Assembly: GCA_049319825.1 (NCBI GenBank) | Contig: JBMORT010000006.1 | Span: 235,641 to 299,640, forward strand | Direction of reading: 5' to 3' | DNA from: Patescibacteria group bacterium | GTDB lineage: Bacteria > Patescibacteriota > Patescibacteriia > UBA11705 > DATKZF01 | Length of the DNA stretch: 64,000 nt | Shown here: one piece after another, positions 1 to 10,538 of the stretch | How positions within the stretch are numbered: position 1 is the stretch's first letter | Layout: the number at the start of each line of letters is the position of its first letter | Program-made: the position numbers and the translations under genes | Notes under the pieces: generated by a model | Told to the model about the DNA's origin: nothing | What the model saw: only the letters and a program-made list of their open reading frames with translations | Databases searched by the model: none

Positions 1-13
1 ATCGGCTGAAAAA

Positions 14-3000
14 ATGCCGCATGACGAGAAGTTTTTATATCTGGAAGAAGGCATCCGGACCGGCCAAGTCACTGAACAGCAGCTGATGTCCCTGATCGAC
101 CGGGCAAATGAAGATGACGGTGAGCTGTGGCTCGAGTTTGACCAAGAATTGCTGGATTACCTGCTCACGGCCTATCCGCAGCCCGAAAAGTTCGCGAATT
201 TTATCCTCAGTCATGAAGGGATTGATGCGGACGAATATCCGGATGTCCAGGAAGTTTTAAAATGTTTTGAAATGGTCGATCGAGAAAACAAAGAAAGTAA
301 AAAAGACGCTTGGTTTTCTAGTTATAATAAACAAACGATGCGCGACGCCTGGATAAAAATAATGAGCAATATGTCAACCGAGCAAAGCGACAAGCTGATG
401 GATTTTATCGCGCGCCTCAGCCAACAAAATTTTGACAAATATCAGGTGCTGATCGATCCACTATTTAAGAATTACGATCTCAGAGAGCGGAAGAAAAAGA
501 CCGTCTATAAAAAACGGCAGCGCCGAAAAGAAGAAGTTGAAGGCAATGTGGTCAGGCTAAATGACAATCTTTGGCGCTTGCTGCCGCGCTTTGTCGAACT
601 CAAAGATTTGTACGGTCATGACGAATACATAAAAAAATACATCGAATTGCGAAAACGATTTCACGATGACCACCTAGCTGATGCCGAGGTGATTGATGAG
701 CTGAGAAAGCAGCACCCGAAAGAATCGAAAATCGAAATTCGAAAACGGTTTGTTAATAAACGAAGGGAAATATCGCGCGCGGCCTTTGAAAATATATATG
801 AAGAAATGACGCCGAGGGAAAGGGGACAATATTTCTACAAAATTTTCAGGGAAGAGGTCTGGAGTGAGATTTCCGACACGGTGAGGGAGGGAAAATTCAA
901 GCTTGACGAAATGGAATTTACCGAAAAGGAAAAAGATTTTTTGATCAGAAAATCGCACGACGAACCCGATTTACTGCTCGCCGTTTTCGACTTGATTAAA
1001 CGCGACAGGGGAGCAAAGTATTTGCAGCAGATCATTTTAAATTACATTCAAAGCGGCAGCGAGCTCGTCAGTCATTTAATCCAGACCGGAAATTTCGATA
1101 CGTTCGATAAAAAGACCCAGAAAGCTTTATGCGATGCCGAGATTGCCAGCGTCGAATACGTAATTTCAGATAAATTGTTACAGTTTTCCGGCCATTTGGA
1201 TGTTTTCGATATTAAAAAGTGGTTTGAAAAAATTGCTCGCGACGCTGACATTTCATTGTTGTTAGCCGCTGATAAGGTTTTTAATTTGATTAAGCGGCAT
1301 CCCGAGAGCGGCTTGACCAAAGAGCAGGTCAATCAGACGCTGCGACAAATAATAATTAATTCGCCGGTGGCGGCGATCAGCAAGCCCGGAGTCCGGCTGA
1401 TGCGCGAGATTTATCCCGAGAAAGAAGCGCAGCTTAAGCTGTACAGAAAAGTCGCGTCCAGCTCGGCTTACGGTCTGCTTAAATATTTAAGCTATTTGGA
1501 GGATGGCGAGGCGCCGGAGCTTGACCGCCGATTTTTACTCGAGCAGGTCAATAAATTGTATTTTGATTTTAGAATGCATGACTGGAATCTAAAAGGGATT
1601 AACAAGCTGCTCGGCGGCGTCGCGGGGGTGATGCGGTTTGTCTATGATCACATCAGCGGCATCAATCCGGAAATCGCGGCGTATTTGATTAACGTGCATT
1701 ACCGGGAGGCCCTGTCGATATGCGGCAAGATTTTGGATTATTATGTGGATAAAAATCCCTCAGCCGTTCTGCAAATTTCCAGTGAATTCATCGGCCGTAA
1801 AAAGAACGACAATCGATTCGTTTTAAATCGGATCGAGCAAGTGCTGAAAAGGAATCCGGACATGGTGGCGTCGGAATCAATATTGCGCGGCTTGAATGAT
1901 TTCATCGACATTCCCGAAGTCGGCGCTTATTTAAAAAAGAACATTAAAGAGATAATATCGCGCAATCCCACGTTCACTTCGCAAAATGCCCGAATTTACT
2001 TAAATTATATTTCCGAGGAAGAATTCCTGGAAATAATTCAAAGCCAGGAGGCGGTGTATGCCGGTTATGTGATCGACCGGAAATCTCCTTTGCTGGCCGC
2101 TTTTCCGCAATTGAATCGCGTAAAGATATTATCAAAATACCCGCATGTACTCTATGAAAGTGGATTTTATAAATACCGCATCGAAGAGAATTTGCCTGAA
2201 GTTTATGAGCAGAATCCGCTGGATTTTTTAATGAATAGCCTAAAAGATAAAGCGTTTTATGGATTTTGGAGACAAAAGCTAGAAAAAGAAGCCCACAGAT
2301 TACAAAAGAGCGGCGCTGTCAGAATCAGCCCGACGATTGAAAGTTTGGCGGAAAAAGTGTGCGTGTTATCGGGCAGCCGCTATGCCGGCCGGATTGCCGA
2401 TGAGATTGGCAGTATTTCCGGAGAATCCGACAGGGAAAAATATCTGGATATGGCCTTTAATGTCATTAATTTGGGGCTGGAAAGTAAAATCAATGCTCGG
2501 GGGCGCATTTTGACGCAGCTGATTTCTCTTTTACGAGGCGAAGCAGATAATGTCTTTGGCATCAGCGCGGAAAATGTCGATGAGACCAGCGTTATCTTTA
2601 AAGAAATGGAGCCGTTTTTGACTCATTTTAGAAATCAGGGGAACATTGTCGAAGTCAGGCAGCTGATGAGGGAAGTCATCGACGCTGAACTAAACGGAGT
2701 ATTTTACAATTGGCGGTTTTGGGACGCAAAAAAGCCAGCGCTCGGCGAGACGGACAAGGAAGCCGGTCTGAAAAACCTGAAGCAAAAAGGTTTGCTCCCC
2801 GACAAATTGACCATGGCGCAATATGAAGAATGGATCGCCGAAGATTCCTCGAGCCTGGCTGAAAGTTTTTCCTATGAAATCAATGAAGTGCGGGAAGAGC
2901 TATTCAATATCTTGCGTTACTCTCTGGATAATAGTCACGCGGAATTGTCCATGAGCGAATTTTCCATTGACGAGGCGCAGCTGCGGTTTTTATTGGCGGA

Positions 3001-3889
3001 CGATAATATGCGCAATATCAACGTTGAACTCAGTCAGATCAGAAAAATTATCGCCCAAAATAAGCAGCGGGCAAAAGAAGGCCAAAAGCCGCTCGAATAT
3101 GACGAGGACAGGCTCGAAGCGCTGACCGAGCAATTCGAGCTGGCCAAGGAGGAGCTGAACCAAAGAAAAATCAGGTCGTTTATTTCAAGGATTATCCATC
3201 TTACAGCCCGGGAAGTCCTTGACGGCGGGGTGTATTTAAAAGGCGTGGCGGAAAATAAAGGCGCGGGGCCGTTTGTCCCTTTCGGCAAGGTTTTTGCTTT
3301 TTTAAGAAATGCTTATTCGTCCAACCAGGCTTTTCACGACGATCTGGACAGGATGGAGAACGTCATCGCTCAGTACCGGGCGCAAGAAGCGGGAGAAGGC
3401 CTTGGTAAGGAGGAGTACACTTTCACTGACACCGCGGACATATTAACCATGATCAAAATCGGAGCGGATCCGGTGGCCTCCTGCCAGAGCTATAAAAGCG
3501 AATCCAGCTACGCCACCAGCCTGATGTCTTACGTCGCTGATCCCAATACCAAAGCGTTTATTGTCAAAAAGCCGGACGGATCACTGGTGGCCAGGGCGAT
3601 CGCCAGATTATTAAGCGATGAGGGGGGTAATCCATTCATTGTGCTTGAACCCATGTACTCGGTGAATACTCATCCGCGGCTGCAGGTTTTATTGGCCAAT
3701 GTGGTCAAGCAGAAGGCCGCAAAGCTCGGAATCAAAGCCGTTGTCAGCCGCGGCGGCTATCCTGCCGGCGGTGAACCGGCGCCGGTATTATACAGCCGTG
3801 GCAGCAGGAATATTAATACTTATGTTGACAATATCGGCTCCAAAGCTTATAAGGGAAAATACCAGATCGCGTATGGAATTGAGCTGTAA
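14..3889 (+). CDS. large hypothetical protein (1291 aa), K/E-rich, predicted mostly helical, no signal peptide
   Basis: Uninterrupted 3.9 kb ORF. I recognise no family motifs. Intergenic gap and T-rich terminator-like sequence after the stop at 3889. Confidence 0.5.
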   Translation: MPHDEKFLYLEEGIRTGQVTEQQLMSLIDRANEDDGELWLEFDQELLDYLLTAYPQPEKFANFILSHEGIDADEYPDVQEVLKCFEMVDRENKESKKDAWFSSYNKQTMRDAWIKIMSNMSTEQSDKLMDFIARLSQQNFDKYQVLIDPLFKNYDLRERKKKTVYKKRQRRKEEVEGNVVRLNDNLWRLLPRFVELKDLYGHDEYIKKYIELRKRFHDDHLADAEVIDELRKQHPKESKIEIRKRFVNKRREISRAAFENIYEEMTPRERGQYFYKIFREEVWSEISDTVREGKFKLDEMEFTEKEKDFLIRKSHDEPDLLLAVFDLIKRDRGAKYLQQIILNYIQSGSELVSHLIQTGNFDTFDKKTQKALCDAEIASVEYVISDKLLQFSGHLDVFDIKKWFEKIARDADISLLLAADKVFNLIKRHPESGLTKEQVNQTLRQIIINSPVAAISKPGVRLMREIYPEKEAQLKLYRKVASSSAYGLLKYLSYLEDGEAPELDRRFLLEQVNKLYFDFRMHDWNLKGINKLLGGVAGVMRFVYDHISGINPEIAAYLINVHYREALSICGKILDYYVDKNPSAVLQISSEFIGRKKNDNRFVLNRIEQVLKRNPDMVASESILRGLNDFIDIPEVGAYLKKNIKEIISRNPTFTSQNARIYLNYISEEEFLEIIQSQEAVYAGYVIDRKSPLLAAFPQLNRVKILSKYPHVLYESGFYKYRIEENLPEVYEQNPLDFLMNSLKDKAFYGFWRQKLEKEAHRLQKSGAVRISPTIESLAEKVCVLSGSRYAGRIADEIGSISGESDREKYLDMAFNVINLGLESKINARGRILTQLISLLRGEADNVFGISAENVDETSVIFKEMEPFLTHFRNQGNIVEVRQLMREVIDAELNGVFYNWRFWDAKKPALGETDKEAGLKNLKQKGLLPDKLTMAQYEEWIAEDSSSLAESFSYEINEVREELFNILRYSLDNSHAELSMSEFSIDEAQLRFLLADDNMRNINVELSQIRKIIAQNKQRAKEGQKPLEYDEDRLEALTEQFELAKEELNQRKIRSFISRIIHLTAREVLDGGVYLKGVAENKGAGPFVPFGKVFAFLRNAYSSNQAFHDDLDRMENVIAQYRAQEAGEGLGKEEYTFTDTADILTMIKIGADPVASCQSYKSESSYATSLMSYVADPNTKAFIVKKPDGSLVARAIARLLSDEGGNPFIVLEPMYSVNTHPRLQVLLANVVKQKAAKLGIKAVVSRGGYPAGGEPAPVLYSRGSRNINTYVDNIGSKAYKGKYQIAYGIEL

Positions 3890-4003
3890 AGAGCGCCAAA
3901 CGAAAAATTAATCAGTCCCGCTTCGCGGGACGCTTTTTTTACTCAATTTACCCCCAAAAGGATTTGATTTTATGGCTGATTTTTGATAAAATACAGGCAC
4001 TTT

Positions 4004-5089
4004 ATGAAAAAAGTCCTGCATTTAATCACCGGCCTTGAGCCTTATGGAGGAGCTGAAAAAATGCTGCTGAAAACTTTGCCATACCTTAAAAAGACTGAAA
4101 ACATGGTTTGCTGCGTGACCGGCCACGGCTCCATCGGCTCTGAGCTCGAGCGCAGCGGCGTTCCGGTGCGCTATTTAAATGTCCAAAGCAAATTTGATCC
4201 GCGGGTCGTTTGGCGTTATCGGAGCGTGATCAAAGAGTATGCGCCGGATCTGCAGGTCAATTACCTGATTCACGCCGATTTATTCGGCAGAATATTCGCC
4301 AAGCTGTTCGGAGTTAAAAAAGTGATCGCCTATATTCGAAACAAGCATTTGGATTTGCCCCTGTTATTGAAGCTGGACAAATTGACTTTGAGAAAAATCG
4401 ACTTTTTCCTGTTTAATTCAAACGCGGTAAAAAATTTTTACATTGAAAAGCTTGGGATTTCGGCAGATAAAACAAAATGCATTCCCAACGGAATTGATCT
4501 TTCGAAGTTTGCAATTGAATTTGACAGGATGGCGAAGAGAAAAGAGCTTGGGCTGGCCGGCGATGATTTTGTGATAATAAACATTGCCCGGCTTTATCCG
4601 AGCAAGCGGCAGATTGATATTTTGCGGGCAATGCGAAAAATCGGCAACCCGAAAATAAAATATATTCAAGTGAGCGTCGGCGATGAAGAAGACGTTTTAA
4701 AAACATTTGTTGAAGAGAATGGTCTTCAAAATCAGGTGAAATTTTTGGGATATCGAAATGATATTGTCGAACTTTTAAGAACAGCTGACTTGTATATTTC
4801 CGCTTCGACTCATGAAGGCATGAGCAACTCATTGCTTGAGGCAATGGCCAGCGGCCTGCCGTGCGTTGTTTCCGATATTCCCGAAAATGCCGAGCTGATT
4901 AAAAATAAGCAAAATGGCATTACTTTTAAAGCGGAAGATTCCGATGATCTGGCAATGAAGCTGAAAGAAGCGATTGAAAATTTGGAAAAGATGAAAGAGT
5001 TTGGAAAAAAAGCCAGGAGAACGGTTGAGGGAAATTATAATATAAATAAAATTATTACTCTGCTTGATGAGTTTCTGTGCGAATTTTAA
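4004..5089 (+). CDS. glycosyltransferase family 4 (GT-B, GT1/GT4 superfamily)
   Basis: C-terminal motif EGMSNSLLEAMASGLPCVVSDIPENAELI, typical of GT4 donor-binding domains. N-term MKKVLHLITGLEPYGGAE. The ORF could start at 3983 instead. Confidence 0.8.
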   Translation: MKKVLHLITGLEPYGGAEKMLLKTLPYLKKTENMVCCVTGHGSIGSELERSGVPVRYLNVQSKFDPRVVWRYRSVIKEYAPDLQVNYLIHADLFGRIFAKLFGVKKVIAYIRNKHLDLPLLLKLDKLTLRKIDFFLFNSNAVKNFYIEKLGISADKTKCIPNGIDLSKFAIEFDRMAKRKELGLAGDDFVIINIARLYPSKRQIDILRAMRKIGNPKIKYIQVSVGDEEDVLKTFVEENGLQNQVKFLGYRNDIVELLRTADLYISASTHEGMSNSLLEAMASGLPCVVSDIPENAELIKNKQNGITFKAEDSDDLAMKLKEAIENLEKMKEFGKKARRTVEGNYNINKIITLLDEFLCEF

Positions 5090-5158
5090 TTACGAGATGT
5101 ACGAGATTTGTATACAAGATAGTACAAGAAAACCAAATGAATTGATATTTTTATAAAT

Positions 5159-6271
5159 ATGAGGTTTTTAATCATCGCCCCGAGATACCATATTAACCTT
5201 CACGACCGGATAAAAGCGCTGCAAAAGGCCGGCCATTCAGTTGATCTGATTGTCCAATACAAGGGAAAGTCAGAAAAATACGACTTGATAGAGCCGCAAG
5301 TGATCGGCTACGCGAAATTTTATTTATTTATCGATAAATTTTTAAAAATATTTCAAAAAAGTAATTTAAAAAATTCATGGCAGCTAAAGCTGTCATATCC
5401 TCCTTTGAAAACTTTCAGAAATAAAATAAAAGAAATAAATCCTGACGCAATGATCATCAAAGGATTGAAAAGCTTGTTTTCACTATGCGCGCTTCGTTAC
5501 GCTAAAAAATTTGGCATCAAGTCGATTGTTTTTATTCAGCGGGATCGATTTCGTTGTCAAAGCTTGAAAGAAAAATTTATCTGCTGGCTTTTATTCAAAC
5601 ATTATAAAGTCAAAGCAGTCGCTTCTCCTATTTGTAAAATGGATGGGATTGACAAGCAAAGCCATGAGAAATTTCATTATATTCCTTTTGTTTACGATAT
5701 TATTGACTTTGAAAAATCATATTTTAAAGACGGTAAAATAAATATTTTAAATATTGGCAAATTTGATAAAATTAAAGATCATTTGACGCTTTTGAAAGCA
5801 ATTGAGAAATTAAGAAGCTTTTATCCGATAAAAGTTGTATTGGTCGGTGAAAAAGCTGATCCGAGCTATGTTTTGAAATTAATGGATTTTGTCAAAGAAA
5901 AAAGAATGGAAGATATTGTAGAGTTTAAGTTTGAAGTGCCGCATAATCAGGTGATTGATTTGTACCGGCAGAGCGATTTGTTTGTTTTAACCAGCTATCA
6001 GGACCCGGCATCACTCCAGCCCTTGGAAGCAATGGCCAATAAAGTGCCGGTGATTTCCAGCGATAAAAACGGCACCAAATGTTATATCAAAGAAGCCGAG
6101 AATGGCTATATTTTCAAGAGCCAAGATGTCGATGATTTGGCGCGAAAAATTGAAAGCGTGATTGATGACAAGGATGATGTGATTAATATGGGCAAGGCCG
6201 GGTTTGAGATGGCTAGGGCAAAGCATTTATTGAATTTATTTGAAGAAAAGATTAAAGAAATAATTACATGA
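5159..6271 (+). CDS. glycosyltransferase family 4
   Basis: Motif QDPASLQPLEAMANKVPVISSDKNGTKCYIKEAENGYIF (E-x7-E GT4 signature region). About 370 aa. Confidence 0.75.
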   Translation: MRFLIIAPRYHINLHDRIKALQKAGHSVDLIVQYKGKSEKYDLIEPQVIGYAKFYLFIDKFLKIFQKSNLKNSWQLKLSYPPLKTFRNKIKEINPDAMIIKGLKSLFSLCALRYAKKFGIKSIVFIQRDRFRCQSLKEKFICWLLFKHYKVKAVASPICKMDGIDKQSHEKFHYIPFVYDIIDFEKSYFKDGKINILNIGKFDKIKDHLTLLKAIEKLRSFYPIKVVLVGEKADPSYVLKLMDFVKEKRMEDIVEFKFEVPHNQVIDLYRQSDLFVLTSYQDPASLQPLEAMANKVPVISSDKNGTKCYIKEAENGYIFKSQDVDDLARKIESVIDDKDDVINMGKAGFEMARAKHLLNLFEEKIKEIIT

Positions 6272-7092
6272 AAGAGATTTGCGGGGATAATTTCGGAGAA
6301 AATAAATTAACAATCGGCAATCGAGTAAAATATCTTTTGTTAAATTTTTTCAGAGGCATCAACGGCTACAGAAAGCGATTGAAAAGCAAATATTGGACGC
6401 CGATTAAATTCATAGCCAATAGTTCCTCGCCGTCTAGGCAATATATTGATAATTTTTTAATGCATAAATTTCCAGAAATATTTCCGAGAAAGGAAATAAA
6501 AGTGCTGGATATCGGCTGCGGATCCGGATATGTGAGGGAAATTTTAAATAAACTCGGTTATGAAGTTGATTATACGGGAGTCGATGTCTATCGGCATGAG
6601 CAGTTTGATGATTTCAACCGATTTTGCGTGAAGCCAAGATTTATCCAATCCGAAATAGAAAACCTAGATTTGGATGAAAAATACGATTTAATAATTTCAA
6701 TCAGCGCGCTGGAGCATATCAAGGATGATAAGCTGGCAGTGGAAAAATCCGAGCGGCTGCTGAATCCCGGCGGCGTGGTGATTCATATAGTGCCGTCGTT
6801 TTGGGCTTTATTTCTGTATTTATGGCATGGATATCGGCAGTACACGCCGGCGTTAATTAATAAATTATTCGCGAATAGAGATATTACGGCGTATCGGCTG
6901 GGCGGATTCCTTTCATTTGGCGCGCATTGGGCGCTGATAACCATTCCGGAATTTTTTTCTTCCCAAAATATCAGGCAAACCGGCTTTTATAAAAACTATA
7001 TATATTTTTCGGCGAAATTCGATAAATTTTTGCCGGTTGGATCAACCATTTGGGCTATTGTTTATAAATATGGAAATAACAAAAATATTTAG
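6268..7092 (+). CDS. class I SAM-dependent methyltransferase
   Basis: Motif I VLDIGCGSGYV; downstream LISISALEHIKDD and LLNPGGVVI (MTase motifs II/III, post I). Start overlaps the upstream GT stop (ATGA). Confidence 0.7.
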   Translation: MKEICGDNFGENKLTIGNRVKYLLLNFFRGINGYRKRLKSKYWTPIKFIANSSSPSRQYIDNFLMHKFPEIFPRKEIKVLDIGCGSGYVREILNKLGYEVDYTGVDVYRHEQFDDFNRFCVKPRFIQSEIENLDLDEKYDLIISISALEHIKDDKLAVEKSERLLNPGGVVIHIVPSFWALFLYLWHGYRQYTPALINKLFANRDITAYRLGGFLSFGAHWALITIPEFFSSQNIRQTGFYKNYIYFSAKFDKFLPVGSTIWAIVYKYGNNKNI

Positions 7093-7765
7093 AAAATATC
7101 CGTATAGTGATCGCGAGAGCCGCAATAAATTCATCGCCGCCGAATTCGGTCAATGGCTTGGAGCGAGTGTCTTAAATATCGGCGGCGGGGGGCGGCATCA
7201 TTTAAAAAAATACCTAGCGGCAGATAAACAATATTTTGAATTGGATATTGACGGCGATCCGGATTTGAAAATTAACTTGGAGACGGATTTGCCGCTGCCG
7301 GTTGCGGACCGGCAGTATCAAACAGTCGTTTGCACCGACGTTCTGGAACATCTCGATAATTTGCATCGAGTTTTTGGCGAAATCGTCAGGATCTCCGGAA
7401 AATACATCATTTTATCCCTGCCAAACGCTTTTGCCGATTGCCCGTCATATTTTTTAGGGAAACCATATCAAAATGATTCCATCGAGAGAAAAAAACATTT
7501 CGGAAAATACATGAAATATTACGGGCTGCCCTATGAACCGCCGCCGGATCGCCATAAGTGGTTTTTTAGCTTTACTGAAGCTGAAGAATTCATCGATTAT
7601 CAAATCCATAAATACAATTTAAAATTAGTCACTGCAATGGCGATCGAAAGGGAATCGAATTTGCCGGGGCGAGTGGCGACAAGATTATTATGTTTGTTAG
7701 GAGGTCGAAACTTAGGGAAAGATTTATCCTTAAAAACAATATGGTGCGTTTTTGAAAGACAATAA
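7070..7765 (+). CDS. SAM-dependent methyltransferase (type 11-like)
   Basis: LNIGGGGRHH ... VVCTDVLEHLDNL ... ISGKYIILSLPN. Start uncertain; the ORF opens at 7037 and overlaps the previous gene. Confidence 0.6.
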   Translation: MEITKIFRKYPYSDRESRNKFIAAEFGQWLGASVLNIGGGGRHHLKKYLAADKQYFELDIDGDPDLKINLETDLPLPVADRQYQTVVCTDVLEHLDNLHRVFGEIVRISGKYIILSLPNAFADCPSYFLGKPYQNDSIERKKHFGKYMKYYGLPYEPPPDRHKWFFSFTEAEEFIDYQIHKYNLKLVTAMAIERESNLPGRVATRLLCLLGGRNLGKDLSLKTIWCVFERQ

Positions 7766-7767
7766 AT

Positions 7768-8418
7768 ATGTTAAATATTTTGGAAAAAATTTTTGTCTGG
7801 CTGCATAACTTTTCGTATAAAGCGATTTCGAAAATCGCGATTAAAAAAAATAATGGCATTCATCCTAAGCATGAGATTTTAGGATACCATCAATTTTTTG
7901 TTGATAATGTCGCGGCCGGCGATGCTGTTTTGGATATCGGCTGCGGCAATGGGCTTTTAGCCGGCAGTATCGCTCAAAAAGCGAAAAAAGTGGTTGGTAT
8001 TGATATTGTCCGTAAAAATATTGAAAATGCTCAGGCCCACAATAAGTCTGATAATCTGGAATTTATTTTAGGAAATGCGATCGTTTATGAGTTTAATGAA
8101 AAATTTGATAAGATTGTTTTGTCAAACGTATTGGAACATATTGAGAACAGGATAGATTTTTTAATAAAAACAGGTCGTTTGAGTGATTTAATTTTAATTC
8201 GAGTGCCCCTGATCAATAGAGACTGGCTGGCGGTTTACAAAAAAGAAAATGGACATGAATATCGGCTGGATAAAACTCATTTTATCGAATATACTGTTGA
8301 TAGTTTGAGAAAAGAATTAACTCAAGCTGGGTGGAATTTGGATTCTTATTCGATTCAGTTTGGCGAGCTATGGGGAGTGTTAAAAAAATGTGAATGTTAT
8401 AAAAAAGAAAACTATTGA
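7768..8418 (+). CDS. class I SAM-dependent methyltransferase
   Basis: VLDIGCGNGLLAGSIAQKAKKVVGIDIVRKNIENA and IVLSNVLEHIENRIDFL. Confidence 0.7.
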   Translation: MLNILEKIFVWLHNFSYKAISKIAIKKNNGIHPKHEILGYHQFFVDNVAAGDAVLDIGCGNGLLAGSIAQKAKKVVGIDIVRKNIENAQAHNKSDNLEFILGNAIVYEFNEKFDKIVLSNVLEHIENRIDFLIKTGRLSDLILIRVPLINRDWLAVYKKENGHEYRLDKTHFIEYTVDSLRKELTQAGWNLDSYSIQFGELWGVLKKCECYKKENY

Positions 8419-9637
8419 AGTGCTGCGGCGACTACAGGGGTGGACTAAAACCGACATGGTTTATTTGGCCAAAGGCTGTTTTTGGCTTACATTTGGGCAG
8501 GCGATAACAGCCGTGTCCAGTTTTTTATTGGCGATCGCCTTTGCCAATTTATTATCTCCGGAAGAGTACGGCATGTATAAATACGTGCTGTCCGCAGTAA
8601 TTATTTTATCAATTCCAACTCTGGACGGGATGAACTCGGCCATTGTCCGGGCCGTGGTCAGGGGATTCGACGGCTCGGTCAAGCCGATCATCAAGCTTAG
8701 GATACGCTGGGGTTTGTTCGGCGGGCTGGCCAGTTTGGCTTTTGCCGGATATTATTGGTATGTGGGTCAGAGTTCTTTGGCGATCGCTTTTTTGATTGTC
8801 AGCGCATTCGTGCCATTTCTTGATTCCATAAATTTGTACACCGGCTTTTTAATGGACAGAAAAGAGTTCAAAACGTTGTCAATTTACAATGTCATCATTT
8901 CCGTCGGCGCGGCGATCGTTGTGGCCGGGACGTTGTTTTTTACAAAAAATATATTTTTTCTGATATTCGCGTATTTTTTTTCCAATACATTGCTCAGACT
9001 GATTATAACTTTGGTTACGTTAAAAAAATATCAACTAAACGACCGCCGCGAAGCAGATACGGTCAGCTATGGCAAGCACCTGAGCTTGATGGGAATAATA
9101 TTAAAAATCGCTGATCAGCTGGATAAGGTTTTGATTTTTAATTTTTTGGGCGCGGCGCAGGTGGCGGTTTATTCATTCGCCATTTTGCCGGTGCAGGAAG
9201 CGCGGCTGCCGCTGAGGAATTTGGGAGTGATTTCCCAGCCCAAGTTCAGCCAGCGGAGCATCGCCGAGCTTAAAAAGCATCTGCCGCCGAAGATGCTGAA
9301 ATTTTTTCTGGTACTGGTATTTTTCGTGGCCACTTACATTATTTTTTCTCCAATTATATTTAAAGTATTTTTTCCGCAGTATTTGGATTCAGTGGCGTAT
9401 TCCCAGGTTTATTCCTTATCGCTTTTGTTTTTTCCGGCCATGTTTTTGCTTAGAGTATTGATCGCTCACGCTCAAAAGCGGCAATTATACTGGCTGAGAA
9501 TTGCCGTTCCGGCATTTAAAGTGATTTTCTTTTTCATTGCATTGCCAGTTTGGGGCATCTGGGGCGCGATCGCGTCGCAGCTTGCCGCTGAAGCGGCCAA
9601 TGCCGGCTTGCTAATATATTATTTTAATAAATTGTAG
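8390..9637 (+). CDS. polysaccharide/oligosaccharide flippase (Wzx-like, MOP superfamily)
   Basis: 415 aa, about 12 predicted TM helices. N-terminal pattern LLAIAFANLLSPEEYGMYKY is typical of Wzx. Lies inside the glycan gene cluster. Confidence 0.65.
   Translation: MNVIKKKTIEVLRRLQGWTKTDMVYLAKGCFWLTFGQAITAVSSFLLAIAFANLLSPEEYGMYKYVLSAVIILSIPTLDGMNSAIVRAVVRGFDGSVKPIIKLRIRWGLFGGLASLAFAGYYWYVGQSSLAIAFLIVSAFVPFLDSINLYTGFLMDRKEFKTLSIYNVIISVGAAIVVAGTLFFTKNIFFLIFAYFFSNTLLRLIITLVTLKKYQLNDRREADTVSYGKHLSLMGIILKIADQLDKVLIFNFLGAAQVAVYSFAILPVQEARLPLRNLGVISQPKFSQRSIAELKKHLPPKMLKFFLVLVFFVATYIIFSPIIFKVFFPQYLDSVAYSQVYSLSLLFFPAMFLLRVLIAHAQKRQLYWLRIAVPAFKVIFFFIALPVWGIWGAIASQLAAEAANAGLLIYYFNKL
9333..9439 (+). repeat. 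107-bp segment of the flippase 3' region, duplicated exactly at 10733-10839; diverged homology continues to the flippase stop
   Basis: Identical string cttacattattttttctccaattatatttaaagtattttttccgcagtatttggattcagtggcgtattcccaggtttattccttatcgcttttgttttttccggcc at both loci. Downstream the two copies stay alignable (about 70% at protein level) for ~200 bp. Confidence 0.8.
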
Positions 9638-9641
9638 GATT

Positions 9642-10478
9642 ATGATAAATAAAGAAATCTCTGATATAATTTTATCGCGGCTGAGTGAAGATAGTCTCGT
9701 TTTGGACATCGGCGGCGGCCGAATGCCGTGGTTTCGGGCGAATTATATCATCGATAAAAGAAGGTACGAAAATAGAGTCGGAGATGTTGCTTTTGGAGGC
9801 CGCGAAGAACAAAAGCAGCATTTCAATAAAGACACTTGGATTGAGCATGATTTTTATGATTTGCCTTGGCCGTTTGAGGATGGTTTTTTCGATTTTTCCG
9901 TATGCATGGGGACCCTAGAGGACTTGAGGGATCCTTTGGTTATTTGCCAGGAGATTCAACGAGTTTCAAAAGCGGGGTATATTTCAACTCCCACCAGGGC
10001 GGCGGAAAGTTTTTTTAATTTAAGCTTGGATCCAAGATCGAATAATTTACCAGGCTATTTCCACCATCGGTGGTTCGTGGAAATATTGAACGGTGGTTTA
10101 ATTTTTACGATGAAGACCCCGCTTATTATCCAGCATAAAAGATGGCAGGTAAAAAAATTCAAGCAGCACACGCTTAATTTTTTCTGGGATAAAAATTTTC
10201 AATATAAAGAACATTATGTCGGTGACCACGCCGAAGCGCTGAGAGATCTAAAAAATTTTTATCAGGATCATAAAAATTGGCTTAAAAATTTTGATGAAAG
10301 CAATATTGAAACTCTGAAAAGATACAATTATTGGCCTGACGGATGGGAGAAGTGGCCCGCATTTCAATCCATGTTCAATCCGATTGAAAAAAAGCTGGAC
10401 AATAGATTGAAGGTAAAATTCATTGATGCTTTAAGTAAAAAAATATTCATTAAAATTAATTCGATGAGAAAGAAATAA
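9642..10478 (+). CDS. putative SAM-dependent methyltransferase
   Basis: LVLDIGGGRMPW (motif I-like) ... FDFSVCMGTLEDLRDP ... EIQRVSKAGYIS (type 11 MTase pattern). Confidence 0.5.
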   Translation: MINKEISDIILSRLSEDSLVLDIGGGRMPWFRANYIIDKRRYENRVGDVAFGGREEQKQHFNKDTWIEHDFYDLPWPFEDGFFDFSVCMGTLEDLRDPLVICQEIQRVSKAGYISTPTRAAESFFNLSLDPRSNNLPGYFHHRWFVEILNGGLIFTMKTPLIIQHKRWQVKKFKQHTLNFFWDKNFQYKEHYVGDHAEALRDLKNFYQDHKNWLKNFDESNIETLKRYNYWPDGWEKWPAFQSMFNPIEKKLDNRLKVKFIDALSKKIFIKINSMRKK

Positions 10479-10538
10479 GGTTATGGGAGAAAAATCCCAT
10501 TATCACTTCCATAGATAGGAGACGAGGAAGTAAACGAG

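Noticed and set aside
4413-4844. 143-aa and 83-aa minus-strand ORFs inside the first GT4 gene
   Set aside because: Antisense shadow ORFs within a CDS carrying clear GT4 motifs.
9685-9918. 77-aa ORF in an alternative frame within the methyltransferase gene 9642-10478
   Set aside because: Same strand but out of frame with an ORF bearing MTase motifs; no independent support.
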